A stretch of DNA of 64,000 nt. It comes from Octopus vulgaris (Eukaryota). Location of the stretch: contig OX597815.1 in assembly GCA_951406725.2 (NCBI GenBank), positions 134,540,001-134,604,000 of the forward strand, given 5' to 3'. The number at the start of each line of letters is the position of its first letter. The first letter of the stretch is position 1. The notes below the pieces were generated by a model. It searched no databases. It was not told the DNA's origin and was given only the letters and a program-made list of their open reading frames with translations. Positions 28,697 to 42,069 of the stretch are shown here, piece after piece. A program made the position numbers and the translations under genes.

Positions 28697-29530
28697 AGGC
28701 GCAGGCATGGATAGGCGCAAGCGTGGATAGGGTCAGGTGTGGCTGTGTGGTAAGAAGCTTGCTTCCCAACCACATGATTCCGGGTTCAGTCCCACTGCGT
28801 GGCAACATGGGCACATGTCTTCTATTATTGACTTGGGCCAACCAAATCCTTGTGATTGGATTTGGTAGACGCATATAAGCGTGTATGCGTGCGTTCGTGC
28901 GCGCGCATTTGCTTGTCCGCCACTCCACCATCACCGCTCGGAAACAGTGTCGTTGTGTTACGTTCCTTCAACGGTTCAGCAAAAAAAAAAAAAACCCGAA
29001 GGAATAAGTACTCTCTTTTACTCTTTTACTCTTTTACTTGTTTCAGTCATTTGACTGCGGCCATGCTGAAGCACCGCCTTTTAGTCGAGCAAATCGACCC
29101 CGGGACTTATTCTTTGTAAGCCTAGTACTTATTCTATCGGTCTCTTTTGCCGAACCGCTAAGTGACGGGGACGTAAACACACCAGCATCGGTTGTCAAGC
29201 AATGCTAGGGGGACAAACACAGACACACAAACATACACACACACATATATATATATACATATATACGACATGCTTCTTTCAGTTTCCGTCTACCAAATCC
29301 ACTCACAAGGCATTGGTCGGCCCGAGGCTATAGCAGATGCCACGCAGTGGGACTGAACCCGGAACCATGTTGGTAAGCAAGCTACTTACCACACAGCCAC
29401 TTCTGCGCCTTATACTAGAGTTTAAAAAATACATATATATTTATAAAGTAAGTCTCGGTGTCGATTTTTTCGGCTAAAACCCTTCAAGGCGGTGTTCCAG
29501 CATGGCCGCAGTCAAATGACTGAAACAAAA
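28697..29530. mobile_element. SINE A (+) interrupted by a younger SINE A (-, 29011-29410)
   Basis: Head near 28697-28860; tail ggcggtgttccagcatggccgcagtcaaatgactgaaac at 29488-29526. Confidence 0.8.
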
Positions 29531-29794
29531 GATAATTGTATTATTGGGAATGATATGTATGTAGATGCGTCATTTGTATGTTGTACGAGTATTTACGTTT
29601 ACGGTATATGAGCGGACTAGACCTTACTTGATAGATTGCGCATAGTATACATAAAGAAAAAGTGCAGAGCTGGAGACCATTACATCTTTGAAGGCCCCTG
29701 AACATTATCCTATGCTTTTGAATGCTGGCGAGAAGAATATACGATTAGATTCTTACGGAAAGTTCTAAAAGATTCTTATTCTGACCTTTGGCAT

Positions 29795-29880
<86 letters not shown>

Positions 29881-30060
29881 AGAGAGGGAGAAAGAGAGAG
29901 AGTGAGAGGGAAAAAGTGTGCATGTGTGCGAAAGAGAGAGCGGGGAGAGAAAGAAAAGGAGGGGAAAAATGAAGGAGGGAGAGAGACAGAGAGATAAAGA
30001 GAGAGTGAGGTGTGCGTTTTTGTGTGCGCGTGTGCGAGTGAGTGTGGGAGAGAAAGAAAG

Positions 30061-30122
<62 letters not shown>

Positions 30123-30380
30123 GAATAGGTGATAGTGTCATATGCCAGCATTCTCAAAAACTCTCGTTCCAGGAACCCATACTGTAACAGTTTAAAATTT
30201 AAAGGATATCATTTGGAGAACTGCATTTCAAAAGAATAACGAAAAGTGATCTAAGTTCGCTCGGCGTCTTACAAATTTAGATGCGCTATTTTCTAACATC
30301 AGAACAACTATCCGCAAAAAGGCTATGACCACAGTGGAGCTTCCTCTGCAAATTCATTGATCCAGCAAGTACAAAGTACG

Positions 30381-30443
<63 letters not shown>

Positions 30444-30703
30444 GTATATGTGTGTATGTATGTATGTATGTATGCATATATGTATACACACACTCACACG
30501 TACACACGCATACGCGCGCGCGTACACACAAACGCACATATCTTGGACCCGTGACTAAAAAACCATCGAACATTCAATTCCGAAGGTGAGGCCTTTGAAT
30601 GGCATTGACTGTAATGGATGAAGCAAACTAAAGAACTAGGGGGCATATACACACGTATATATGCATCAATCAATCAACCGCTCAATCTGTGAATGAATGA
30701 ATG

Positions 30704-30783
<80 letters not shown>

Positions 30784-32463
30784 GATCAATCGAAAGCCTT
30801 CGATAGGGTAGACCATCGATACTTGGAGGCAGTCCTGAGAGCGGCTGGTTTCGGTCCCGTCTTCCGCGGCTGGATAGCTGCTTTGTACAGAGGCATCCGT
30901 TCGGTAATTCGCGTAAATGGACATCTATCGAGACCTTTCGACATTGCACGTTCGGTCCGTCAGGGATGCCCCCTCTCGGCGCTTCTATACGTATTGACCC
31001 TTGAGCCACTACTGCGGAAGCTGGCGACTCTGAGGGGCATCCCGCGAGAATTGGGATGCGGGACGAGCGTGTCTGCATACGCGGACGACGTCACCGTCAT
31101 ATTGTCAAGCCACGAGCACATCGAGCGGGTCGGCGAGACACTGAAAGACTACGAAGCGGTGACAGGAGCAAAAATCAACCGGGAAAAGTCAGTGGGCTTG
31201 CGACTCGGCACCTGGAAAAGCAAGCCCATGCCGTCCACCAGTACCTCCGTCGTGGGACGCTGGACAGACGGTCCGGTTGAGTTGCTCGGGGTCTGGTTCG
31301 GTCCGGACCTCCAAATGGAGAAGAACTGGAACGAGATAACGAGTAGGGTGGTCACTCTCGCCCAGCAATGGGCCGAGAGGAAACTGTCCCTAAGAGGTCG
31401 GGCGGAGGTGGCGAACACGTACATCGCGTCCATCATCTACTACCGCCTGACCGTCGTACCTTGTCCCGACCCTACCATCACCAAACTAGAACGCATTCGC
31501 TTCCGCTTCTTGTGGAAAGGATGCGTCCCGATGGTCAAGCGATCCATTTGCTGCCAACACCCGTTAAAAGGAGGGCTGGGCATGCCGTGGTTGATGATGC
31601 GCAAACCCGCGCTGAGACTGCGACATCTCCGGCTCTATGTAGACGACGGTGAACAGGTGTGGTCGCCGTTTGTGGGGCACGCATTCCCGCAACTCGTCTC
31701 CATGACCGAACTGCAGTCGTGGATCAAAAAGAGACCGAGGAAGGGCGAATGGCACCGCGAGAGTCGCGTTGCTCTCAAGCAACTCTGCCGTCCCGAGTCG
31801 ACCTTGAGTTACTTCAACACAACCAAAGCATTCTATAGGGGATTAGTGGAGGGGAGGTACGACGACGATCTCAGGGCAAACCTGGGCGTCGACGAGGAAT
31901 ACCTGACCCGCCTGTTTCAAACGACTTTCGGCTCGGGACCTATGGACAATTTCCAGAGATCCCTGGCCTGGCGGTGCTACCGAGAAGCGCTACCCGTTCG
32001 GGATAAGCTCTATAGGCATGGCTCGAGAAACACGGGGCCGACCTGCCCGAGATGCGGGCAGAGCGACGAAACCGCTCTGCACGCAATCGTGCAGTGTCCA
32101 GCAATTTCCGACCTGTGGACTCATGTCGAACGACTGCTGTCACGTGTGGGACGTGTCGGTTTATCAGCCGAGTCTATCGTTAATATCGTCACGCCTCCTT
32201 CCTCCAAACGGGAAGGAAGAGCTATTTTTATCATACTTGTGGCTATGGCGAAAGAATGTATCTGGTGGACGCGCCTGAAAGGATTAGAGACAAACACTTT
32301 CCTCTCTGGTCAATCTCTCATCAACTTCTTCAAGTATCACTTGAAAAGGAAAGTGAGAGTAGAGAGGCAAGTTTTGTCTAGTGAATGTTTTAGAAAAAGC
32401 TGGGTGAATGTAGCAAGGATGGCACGTATGAATGACGAAGTCACCTTGACTTTGATTCTATGA
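30784..32463 (+). CDS. 5'-truncated ORF2 of a Tx1/L1-clade LINE (RT from domain 3, thumb, CCHC knuckle)
   Basis: DQSKAFDRVDH, VRQGCPLS, AYADD, GAKINREKS, GGLG, CPRCGQSDETALHAIVQC; 560 codons without an internal stop; the predicted N-terminus (YLSI)n is microsatellite. Confidence 0.93.
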   Translation, partial: DQSKAFDRVDHRYLEAVLRAAGFGPVFRGWIAALYRGIRSVIRVNGHLSRPFDIARSVRQGCPLSALLYVLTLEPLLRKLATLRGIPRELGCGTSVSAYADDVTVILSSHEHIERVGETLKDYEAVTGAKINREKSVGLRLGTWKSKPMPSTSTSVVGRWTDGPVELLGVWFGPDLQMEKNWNEITSRVVTLAQQWAERKLSLRGRAEVANTYIASIIYYRLTVVPCPDPTITKLERIRFRFLWKGCVPMVKRSICCQHPLKGGLGMPWLMMRKPALRLRHLRLYVDDGEQVWSPFVGHAFPQLVSMTELQSWIKKRPRKGEWHRESRVALKQLCRPESTLSYFNTTKAFYRGLVEGRYDDDLRANLGVDEEYLTRLFQTTFGSGPMDNFQRSLAWRCYREALPVRDKLYRHGSRNTGPTCPRCGQSDETALHAIVQCPAISDLWTHVERLLSRVGRVGLSAESIVNIVTPPSSKREGRAIFIILVAMAKECIWWTRLKGLETNTFLSGQSLINFFKYHLKRKVRVERQVLSSECFRKSWVNVARMARMNDEVTLTLIL

Positions 32464-32858
32464 ACCGTAAAAATTAATACAGAGAGTTGCTTATTTGCAA
32501 AAAAAAAAAGAAAAAAGAAATATAACATGTGACTTCATTGACCGAGGTTACCGTGGTCTTTTCCGTAGGCTTTTCTTTCCACGGGTAAACCTCACCTGTC
32601 CTCCCTTTCACACTTCATATTGACATTTCTGTGATTACGATCCTTATTGATCAACTTTTTTTCCTCTCCCCTTTTCTTTTTTTTTTCCTCTCACCCCCTT
32701 TTTTTTTTAAATCCTCCCCTTTTTTTTGTCCTCTTTCTTTCCTTTTACGATCCCTTTTGATCGAAAACCAACCCCCCTTTTTTTTACCCCCAAAAGAAAA
32801 GCTCTACCTTGTAATTTGTTCTGTCTGTGTGCAGCCCTGTGTGGCTAATAAAGAAACA
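30784..32858 (+). mobile_element. Tx1-like LINE including a pyrimidine-rich 3' UTR, flanked by (TCTA)n on both sides
   Basis: (TCTA)n 30704-30783 and 32861-32875; AATAAA at 32847. Confidence 0.88.
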
Positions 32859-32875
32859 TATCTATCTATCTATCT

Positions 32876-33288
32876 TAATTCTTTATTGCCCACAAGGGGC
32901 TAAACATAGAGGGGACAAACAAGGACAAAGGGATTAAGTCAATTACATCGACCTCAGTGCGTAACTGCTAATTAATTTATCGACCCGGTAAGGATGAAAG
33001 GCAAAGTCGACCTCAGCAGAATTTGAACTCAGAACGTAAAGACAGCCGAAATACCTATTTCTTTACTACCCACAAGGGGCTAAACACAGAAGGGACAAAC
33101 AAGGACCGACAAACGGATTAAATCGATTATATCGACTCCAGTGCATAACTGGTACTTATTTAATCAACCCCGAAAGGATGGAAGGCAAAGTCGACCTCGG
33201 CGGAATTTGAACTCGTAACGTAACGGCAGACGAAATACGGCTACGCATTTCGCCCAGCGTGCTAACGTTTCTGCCAGCTCGTCGCCTT
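32876..33288 (-). mobile_element. SINE family B dimer in a (TCTA)n array, tail-to-tail with the Tx1 LINE
   Basis: Head ggcgacgagctggcagaaacg, B box GAGTTCAAATTCC, two body units. Confidence 0.9.
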
Positions 33289-33375
<87 letters not shown>

Positions 33376-34237
33376 GTCTATCTCTCTTTCTGTCCGCTTG
33401 GCTGTCCACCCATCAATCCATCCATCTCTGTTTATCTGTCTGTTTGTCTCTCTGTGCGTGTGCATGTATGTATACAAGTCATTATGATCACAGTGCATTA
33501 ACTAACACTGACTGATACAAGTATCAGTATTTAGTGTTAATCGAACATATATTTACAGTATGGGAGTGTTCGTGTTTTTAAAAGATTAGTTCCTTAGAAT
33601 TTTGATGAATATCCTCTTTAAAGGTTGAATATCCTCTTTAAAGGTTATAACGCCCAAATGATATTATCAATTTATCATATCGTGTAAATTCTTCAAAATT
33701 TTCTCATGTACTAATTTGATTTTAATTTTATTTGCTATAATGTTTATAACCACAATAAAGATTTTATGTTATATAAATATATTTAAGTAATTATTTTAAA
33801 ACCTTATATCAACGTATTCCTGTTTCCCTTCAGAATTATGGCTTCTTAAGCATATTTGATTGATATGGAATTAACAATCGTATTAATCTTGAAACAGTGA
33901 ATTCCTTCATTGACATGCAACTTCAGTGTTGTGGAGAAGGGATAAAACCATTTCAATGACCCCCCACCATGCCACAGAAGAGACAAAGGAATAAGGCATG
34001 TTCGTTGAAACGCTGCGGTGTTTAACTAGAAATTTCTACAGAGTACAATTTATGTCAGGAACAACATATTGTAACAAGGACGGTCTAACTTGTTTAATAT
34101 AAGACCCACGTACGATAAACTTCATATACTTGAGAGTTGTAAGACATAATCGAAATGTTCTCACACATTTTATAACAAAGTTTCACAAATTTATTCATGC
34201 TTCCACATCTGGGGTGGTGAGGTGATGCTGCAGCATA

Positions 34238-34316
<79 letters not shown>

Positions 34317-34329
34317 ATACACGCACACA

Positions 34330-34760
34330 TATATGTACGCAACCAGATAAAAGGCTACCTGACAGATTGGTATAAAGTCACTTATGCTCTCGCCTCTCGC
34401 CCACAGGCGCACTGATCCCCCTCTTTCTGCTGTTCTGCTGCAACTATAATGACTTTTGTTCTTTGGAACAGGCTCAGTTTGAGTTCCCCTTTATTCAGTT
34501 ATTCCTAACCGACACGTCACTCCTCCTTTCATCGCTCTTATTATGTCCAATTCCTTGGTCCTTCCAAACCACTGCATCTAACCGTTTCTTTCTCAAAGCA
34601 TCAACTCTCTTAAGCATCTTTGCTGCTCATGTCTTTCCTGTAGGTTTGGCTTGTAATGATTCCAGAAGAAAACTAACAGCATCAATCTCACCGGTCTTGA
34701 AGAAATTACGAACACTATGGACACTGCCCTTTCTCCAAAGTTCAACAAATAAAAAAAAGA
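34330..34760 (+). mobile_element. Old CR1/L2-like LINE 3' remnant
   Basis: SNRFFLKASTLLSIFAAHVFP resembles SFFPRT..LWNSLP; A-rich end. Confidence 0.45.
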
Positions 34761-35479
34761 ATTAGTTTTTTAAACTGCTAATTTTAGTAATCACATAGCG
34801 ACGCACACACACACACGCGCGCGTTCGCATGCGTACGCACACACACATAAAATGTTTTCTAAATATAGAATAATGATAGTCTTAACTATACTGAGGGTGT
34901 TTAATACGGTAATGAATTGAACATCTAAGAAATATGCGAATTCCCATTTCAGAAACATAAATTTAGTGCTCTAAATATAAAACGACAAAAGTGACCTCGT
35001 GCCAAATATTTCTACTGGTATTTATTTGTCTTGGTTAATTTCTAGTCAAAACGTGGGAGAAAATATCTAAAATAACTAAACTAAGAAAATGAAAATTATC
35101 TTAATAATTTACCTCCTCACAAAATTGCAGTTTTATATCTTTATGACATTCCGTGTTACAATTATTATACCTGACTATTGAAACTGCTGTTTACTCCGTC
35201 AAGAGGTTTTGTGGCTTCCTATTTTGGTTCTGAATCGTTGAAAATTCGTCCGATATGTTATTAAAGCAGTAAGAATTGCCTTTGTCAGATGTTTCTTTGT
35301 AAGGGTTATACAATGGAAAGACTTCACAAACTTCTAGATAGAGTAAAGCGATACACAACAATATGTTGAACTGAACATATTAGTTGCAGATTCATTGCAC
35401 ACTAGTTTTCGAAAAGACAAGATATATATATATATATATTATTTTTGGAACTTGTTTCTAGAACTCAATGTTAGACTGG

Positions 35480-36560
35480 GATTAGTGGACCATCTTTAGA
35501 CCCAGGTCGTTTGTAATTCCATTAGTTTCATTTCCACAGTAAGTAATTCTGTGACCAGAGGCTCGGGAATCGAACAAACATTATTGGCCAAACAAGCCGT
35601 GGATTTATAACACAAAAAGGTTTCAGCTGCTGCAAGACATCATAAATGGCAAGGAAATTATCAAGCAATCTTTGTTTTCTTTCGGTATGTGGTCTTTCAT
35701 TTCAATACCAGGTGATGTATTTAATCTCATACTGCGACATGGAAGGAAACGGAAAGTTCTCGCTGAAAAACTCTCATTTTATTCTGATAACTGAAAATTG
35801 TCTGAGTCAGATAAAAAAATAAGCTTATCCTTCTGGAGAATTAGTAGAAGCTTTATTTGGGACATTAGATCTTGCATCTATTCATAATTTTCTAGTCGAG
35901 GATAAGATTTTTTTCTATAAGAAAGCTAATAATAGCTCCAATGGATCCATATACCAACTTAAAACATTGCTAGTCGACAACCACTTCAAAACGCAGTAGG
36001 AAGATATATAACTGGGTTTAAATTCTAGCTTCAGCTCCCCAATAGTGTCTGAAACGTCGGTAAGCATGGCTTGAAACTGACACTTTCAAAGATAGATTCC
36101 ATAACATCTTCATACTTGAAACATCTGGTTACCATGTATTCACAGTGAATAATGCAATGAACAGGAGAAACTTCGGAAAGCTGCGGTAACTTTTCATAAG
36201 TACAGTTATTCACTCTTTTTCTCCACCACTGCTGGCGATCCATTTGTTGCAACACTGACAAGCTTATGCAGCGGAACATTAATATTTGATTAGGCTCCAT
36301 CAAGCGCATTTTTAATTCACGACTTAGATCATTTAATATTGCTAAGTACTTTTAATGCAAGCCAGTCTCTTCTTTTAGAGTTGCGTCAGAGGAAACAACG
36401 AACAAATATTGTCAGTTTGGGGTTAATCTTGCATGCCTGTATATTCACTAAGAGCCAAGGGAATGAAAAAGAAATCTTTAAATTATTTTGTATTTTACTT
36501 GCAACATCAGAACTGATGTGAGAGATACGTCTCTCCGTAGTGTGGTACGAAACTAGTGTT
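35480..36560 (-). pseudogene. Decayed hAT (Buster/Charlie-type) transposase
   Basis: KLVSVATNGSPA (TDGA-like), VHCIIHCE, LKWLSTSNVL (RWLS-like). Confidence 0.75.
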
Positions 36561-37823
36561 TGTGCTATTAGTAATTGAAATTTATATATTTATCTAGTAC
36601 TGCAACATCTTCAGCTACAATCTCTAACAACAAGGTGAATAGTTACTGAGACGTCTAAATCTCCCTTTAGGTATCCTGTGGTAAACATTCTGAAATATCT
36701 TCGTGTGACATATGAGGTTTGTTTGTTTCCTTTTGTTTAATCCACATACGCGTAAGCGCCATAGTGCATAAATAAGTAAGCTAGATAGAAAAAGATAATA
36801 TACATAAACGAGAAAGAAAGTGAGGCATGTGACGGAAACTGTTTGGAAAACCGAATATATCTGGTACTTTGTTACGACAGCTACGAATCTCTGCTTCACC
36901 CAAACTTACAATATTTCGCCCTGGTCTGAAAATTACTATTCAGCCCTCTGTAGACTTTGCACACATTCTCGATGTATTTAACGAATATCTCCTGATATAT
37001 ACCCAATTCCGTGTTTTACACATATATGTTTGAAATTATAGAAAGCGTTTGATGAAGGAAAAATATACTTAAAACTCGCGATATTTCGACATAGTTATCT
37101 GTAGTCCGTCTAAGAAAACAAATAAACACGTGCCTAGTTTTGCATAACCGTATTTTGTAGAAGCATAATTATGTCTTGGATGGGAAAATATAGGTGTTTT
37201 ATTCGGTGTTACTATAGCATTCGGCCTTCCGAGACATTTACACAATAGCGTGTGGTGTACAGAGTCATTTAAGCTGCAGTATGCAGTTTACCTTGAATAA
37301 TTACAAAGCAGAATGACGAAAAAAGTGTGGCAAAGAATTTATTAATGATCATTGTAAAAACAAATAAAGAAATAGATCATTGTAAAAACAAAAGTCCCCT
37401 CGAGGTAGGCAACAACATTATGAAATCGACTTTCTCATTTCTTTGTTACATATTTTGTTTTTACACAAACAAATAGATAGAGAGAGAGAGAGACAAGAAG
37501 AAGAAGAAGAAGAAGAAGAAGAAGAAGAAGAAGAAGAAGAAGAAGAAGAAGAAGAAGAAGAAGAAGAAATATATATATAAAGAAAGAAAGAAGAAAACAA
37601 AGTAGGAAAAAGTAAAATGGTCCGAGTTGTTTAGAAATTCATTTCGTAACCATTTTGTTCTGGGTTCGAATCTATTGCACGGCAGCTTGGACATGTGTCT
37701 TCTATTGCAGTCTCGGAAAGAAAATTTGTTGATAGAAACTGTGTGAAGCTCATCGTGAACACACACAGACACACTCTATCAGTTCGTAGTCAGGATATTC
37801 TTTGCTGTGGTTCCGTTGCTATG

Positions 37824-37905
<82 letters not shown>

Positions 37906-38159
37906 GTGTATGTGTGTGTGTGTGTGTGTACTATACCATTTAAGTATTGAATTAAGTCGTGTTACACCCTTTCATTCTCAAAAGGCAAATTAACTTATAT
38001 GACAAATAAATTACGATGAAATACGTACCAAACCAAAACTCTTGTAAGCGGCACAGCACTACTGCACTTTAGTGAGCAAAACTTATAAAACAATATTAGA
38101 CAGAGAATGATATAGTTTGACAGAGCAAACAAACATGCTGATCCTAATATCTTGTAACT

Positions 38160-38760
38160 TGAGGCGGCGAGCTGGCAGAATCGTTAGCACGTCGGGCGAA
38201 ATGCTTAGCGGTATTTCGGCTGCCGTTACGTTGTGAGTTCAAATTCCGCCGAGGTCGACTTTGCCTTTCATCCTTTCGGGGTCGATAAATTAAGTACCAG
38301 TTACGCACTGGGGTCGATGTAATCGACTTAATACCTATGTCTGTCCTTGTTTGTCCCCTCTGTGTTTAGCCCTTGTGGGTAGTAAAGAAATAGGTATTTC
38401 GTCTGCCGCTACGTTCCGAGTTCAAATTCCGCCGTGGTCGACTTTGCCTTTCATCCTTTCGGGGTCGATTAAATAAGTATCAGTTACGCACTGGGGTCGA
38501 TATAATCGACTTAATCCGTTTGTCTGTCATTGTTTGTCCTCTCTGTGTTTAGCCCCTTGTGGGTAGTAAAGAAATAGGTATTTCGTCTGCCGTTACGTTG
38601 TGAGTTCAAATTCCGCCGAGGTCGATTTTGCCTTTCATCCTTTCGGGGTCGATTAAATAAGTAGCCGTTACGCATTGGGGTCGATGTAATCGACTTAATA
38701 CCTTTGTCTGTCCTTGTTTGCCCCCTCTATGTTTAGCCCCCTGTAGGCAATAAAGAAATA
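38160..38760 (+). mobile_element. SINE family B trimer with a 14-bp TSD
   Basis: TSD aatatcttgtaact at 38146-38159 and 38761-38774; one head plus three bodies of about 185 bp. Confidence 0.92.
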
Positions 38761-39026
38761 AATATCTTGTAACTGGATGCGCTTTGACGTGGCTATTTTT
38801 CAGGAGTGAGAAATAAAGACTGCATCATTCACGTCTTTGCAAATTACGTTACTGACGTAAGAATAATTTCAGCATGAAGATTGAAACCGTATCATGTTCT
38901 CTGTTTGTCAGATATAAGTACTCAATGAATAGAAAATGCGATACGCTTTTAATTTATACAGCTACCACTTGTTCACAGTCAAAATTCTATCGTCACTAGT
39001 TGTTCGTGAGTAGATTGGTGAGGACA

Positions 39027-39141
39027 TTCTTCTTCTTCTTCTTCTTCTTCTTCTTCTTCTTCTTCTTCTTCTTCTTCTTCTTCTTCTTCTTCTTCTTCTT
39101 CTTCTCCTCCTCCTCCTCCTCCTCCTCCTTCTTCTTCTTCT
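39027..39141. repeat. (TTC)n/(TCC)n microsatellite; similar arrays at 37495-37568 and 40477-40553
   Basis: Seen directly. Confidence 0.95.
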
Positions 39142-39362
39142 TGCTATTGTTCTTTGAGATATCAGAATAGAATTACATACACGCACAGGCATACAGATGT
39201 GTGTGCATGATCTTTCATTATGAAAGTGAGAAAGAGAAGAAGTAGGAAGGGAAGGAGGTAGAGAAGAAGAAGAAGAAGAAGAAGAAGGAATAACTTGTTC
39301 AAAATGTTAAACAAAGACAATGCTTTTAACCTCGCTTCAACATAAATTTGAAAGAAACTGGC

Positions 39363-39412
<50 letters not shown>

Positions 39413-41689
39413 TGAGCTAGAACTGATTTAAAAAAAAATGGGAACATAAATTTATGGTTTCTTCTTATGAAGAGAAGATTGTCGTAAAAGAGATATTCTA
39501 TCAATCAATTTGCTTGAACACGCAGCAGAAAGGGAGAAAAAAATGGAAATAAATCATGGCACATCCCTGTGTTTGTCTAATAACCCAAATCACAAAAGTA
39601 AAGGAAAAACATTACGAAACAAAATTGCAACCATTGTTCTTGAAGAATGAGGTTCCTTCAAGCCTATCTCGGACATGAGTTACGTTACTCAGTTCAACTT
39701 TGGCAGTTAAATTCATACAAGATTTCTGAACAGAACAGATAACGTTTTGGCAACAGCTTATTTAGTACAAAGCCTATAATTGGTGTTCACTGTCAGAGAA
39801 TAGTCTGTGTCCACCTTTGCTCCTCGCTCTCCACTTCTCTCTTTCTCTCTCACTCACTCTCTCAAACACACACCAAAGTACAGGCTGAGACAAACAGATC
39901 AGTATGTGTGTGTGTATATACACGCATGCGCATTACACCTACACATACATACATACATATATATATATATATCATGTAAGCACATAGACATACATACTAG
40001 TCTCTTACTCGTTAGAGTTTTGTACTTTTCTCCTTTTTCTTCATATTTTTCTTCTCCACTCCCCTTCTGTCTTCTCTTCATTCATTTCTTTTCTTTTCTT
40101 TCCTTTCCTTTTAATTCTATCAATTTTATTCTCTTTTCTTATTCGTTAGTCTTAGCAGTCCGTTACTCTTTACTAATATACTTCTAGCCTCAAACTTCGC
40201 AATCCATGCCTCTTTTTCGTTCTTTCTTTCTCTCTGGGGCTGTCATTTACTCAACACACCTCTCTATGTTTCTCTCTTTCTCTTTCTCTCTCTCACTTTC
40301 TCTTGCACTATTAATTTTATTCTTCCCTCCTCTTTCCCACACCCACAGTCATACGTCTGTTAGCATTCAGTCAATAACTCGCATGCATCCTTTCTCTTTC
40401 TCTCTCCTTTCACCATGTACTCTCTCTCCCTTTTACGTATTTTCTTTTACTGTTTCTATTTCTCTCACAACAAATCTCTTCTTCTTCTTCTTCTTCTTCT
40501 TCTTCTTCTTCTTCTTCTTCTTCTTCTTCTTCTTCTTCTTCTTCTTCTTCTTCTAACAATCCAGACAGTTCAATGCCACAAAGAATTTTTGGTTCTTGAG
40601 ATTATCACACTTTTTCATTTGGAGTTAGTACCACTCACCACTAGACGATTGGCCTACCCTCTCTGGAAGCGGAGAGATTTTCAGCAAATCCATACTTTTA
40701 TACGTCTTTGTTGGCTATTCTAAGTTATTTCTCTTATACATATTTACATACATACATACACATATGCAAATATATGTATATATGTATATAAGTATATATG
40801 TATATATATATACTACATACATATACATATATATATGTACACGCGCACACACTTCGATTTATTTTTAATACTGCATTCGTTACTAAGCACAATATCATCG
40901 TAAATACTGTTATACTAACTACCTTTATGTGGATGGAAAAATTGAGCCCATCTCATTCACACTAATGTTGCCCTTTTGATGTAAACCGAACGAAAGATGT
41001 GTATTGTTTGTTTACATATAACATGCAGCTATGTAAACAAATATTGTTACATACTAAATGGAAATGAAGTGAAGCAAGCCGATATGTAGATATTTAATAG
41101 TAATGTCGCCTTAGTATCACTTATCTCGAATAGGAACATATTAAAAGTATACTTACCGTTGTTAAAGTAATGGGCATACACAAACGGGCCCTCACGACTT
41201 CGCTTCCTCATAACTTCCAAAAAATGGATGTTTTTAATCAAATTGTCTGCAAATGCGCTTCAGATGATGTAGATTCTGATTATGTTGGAGGTTGTTGCAT
41301 CAGAATATGATGTAAAAAGAAAAAAAAAAATGGTGAACACGCACACATACATGACACACATCACAATTGTAATCTTTTTCGAAATTTTAAGTTTAAATAT
41401 GTGATATGTGTCAGTATGTATGTGTGCGAGCCCACCATTTTTTCCATATTTGTAGAAAATATCATTAAAAAGTATCCATTAGTCTAGAAGTTATAAGAAA
41501 GCAAAGTCGGTCGGTGGGCACACATGTGTAGGTATGCCTAGCAATAAAATATATATTCTTAGTAGAACACCGGCAAATCATGCAACAGTTGAATATGTAA
41601 AATTTAATGCAGGCAGCGACAAGATGAGATATTTTAACAGAACGTGCATTTAATACTAAAAAAATAATGATAAACACATGAAAAATATT

Positions 41690-42069
41690 CTTTTCTACTC
41701 TAGACACAAAGCCTGAAATTTTTGGGGAGTGGTCCAGTCGATTAGACTGACCCCAGTACGCAACTGGTACTTAATTTATCGATCCCGAACGGATGAAAGA
41801 CAAAGTCGACCTCGGCGGAATTTGAACTCAGAACGTAACGGCAGACGAAATACCTATTTCTTTACTACCCACAAGGGGCTAAACATAGAGTGGACAAACA
41901 AGGACAGACAAACGGATTAAGTCGATTATATCGACCCCAGTGCGTAACTGGTACTTAATTTATCGACCCCGAAAGGATGAAAAGCAAAGTCGACCTCGAG
42001 AGAATTTGAACTCAGAACATAAAGACAGACGAAATAGGCGTGCTAACATTTCTGCCAGCTCGCCGCCTT
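41690..42069 (-). mobile_element. SINE family B dimer with a 14-bp TSD
   Basis: TSD acatgaaaaatatt at 41676-41689 and 42073-42086. Confidence 0.88.

Noticed and set aside
30697-30783. N-terminal extension of the 588-aa ORF
   Set aside because: In-frame (TCTA)n read-through, not part of the LINE protein
33606-33646. Short tandem duplications (also 37346-37392 and 57235-57288)
   Set aside because: Ordinary local slippage duplications
38160-38260. tRNA gene
   Set aside because: A/B boxes are present but there is no proper cloverleaf; it is a SINE head
38160-38760. CRISPR-like array or satellite
   Set aside because: No unique spacers; eukaryotic SINE multimer with a TSD
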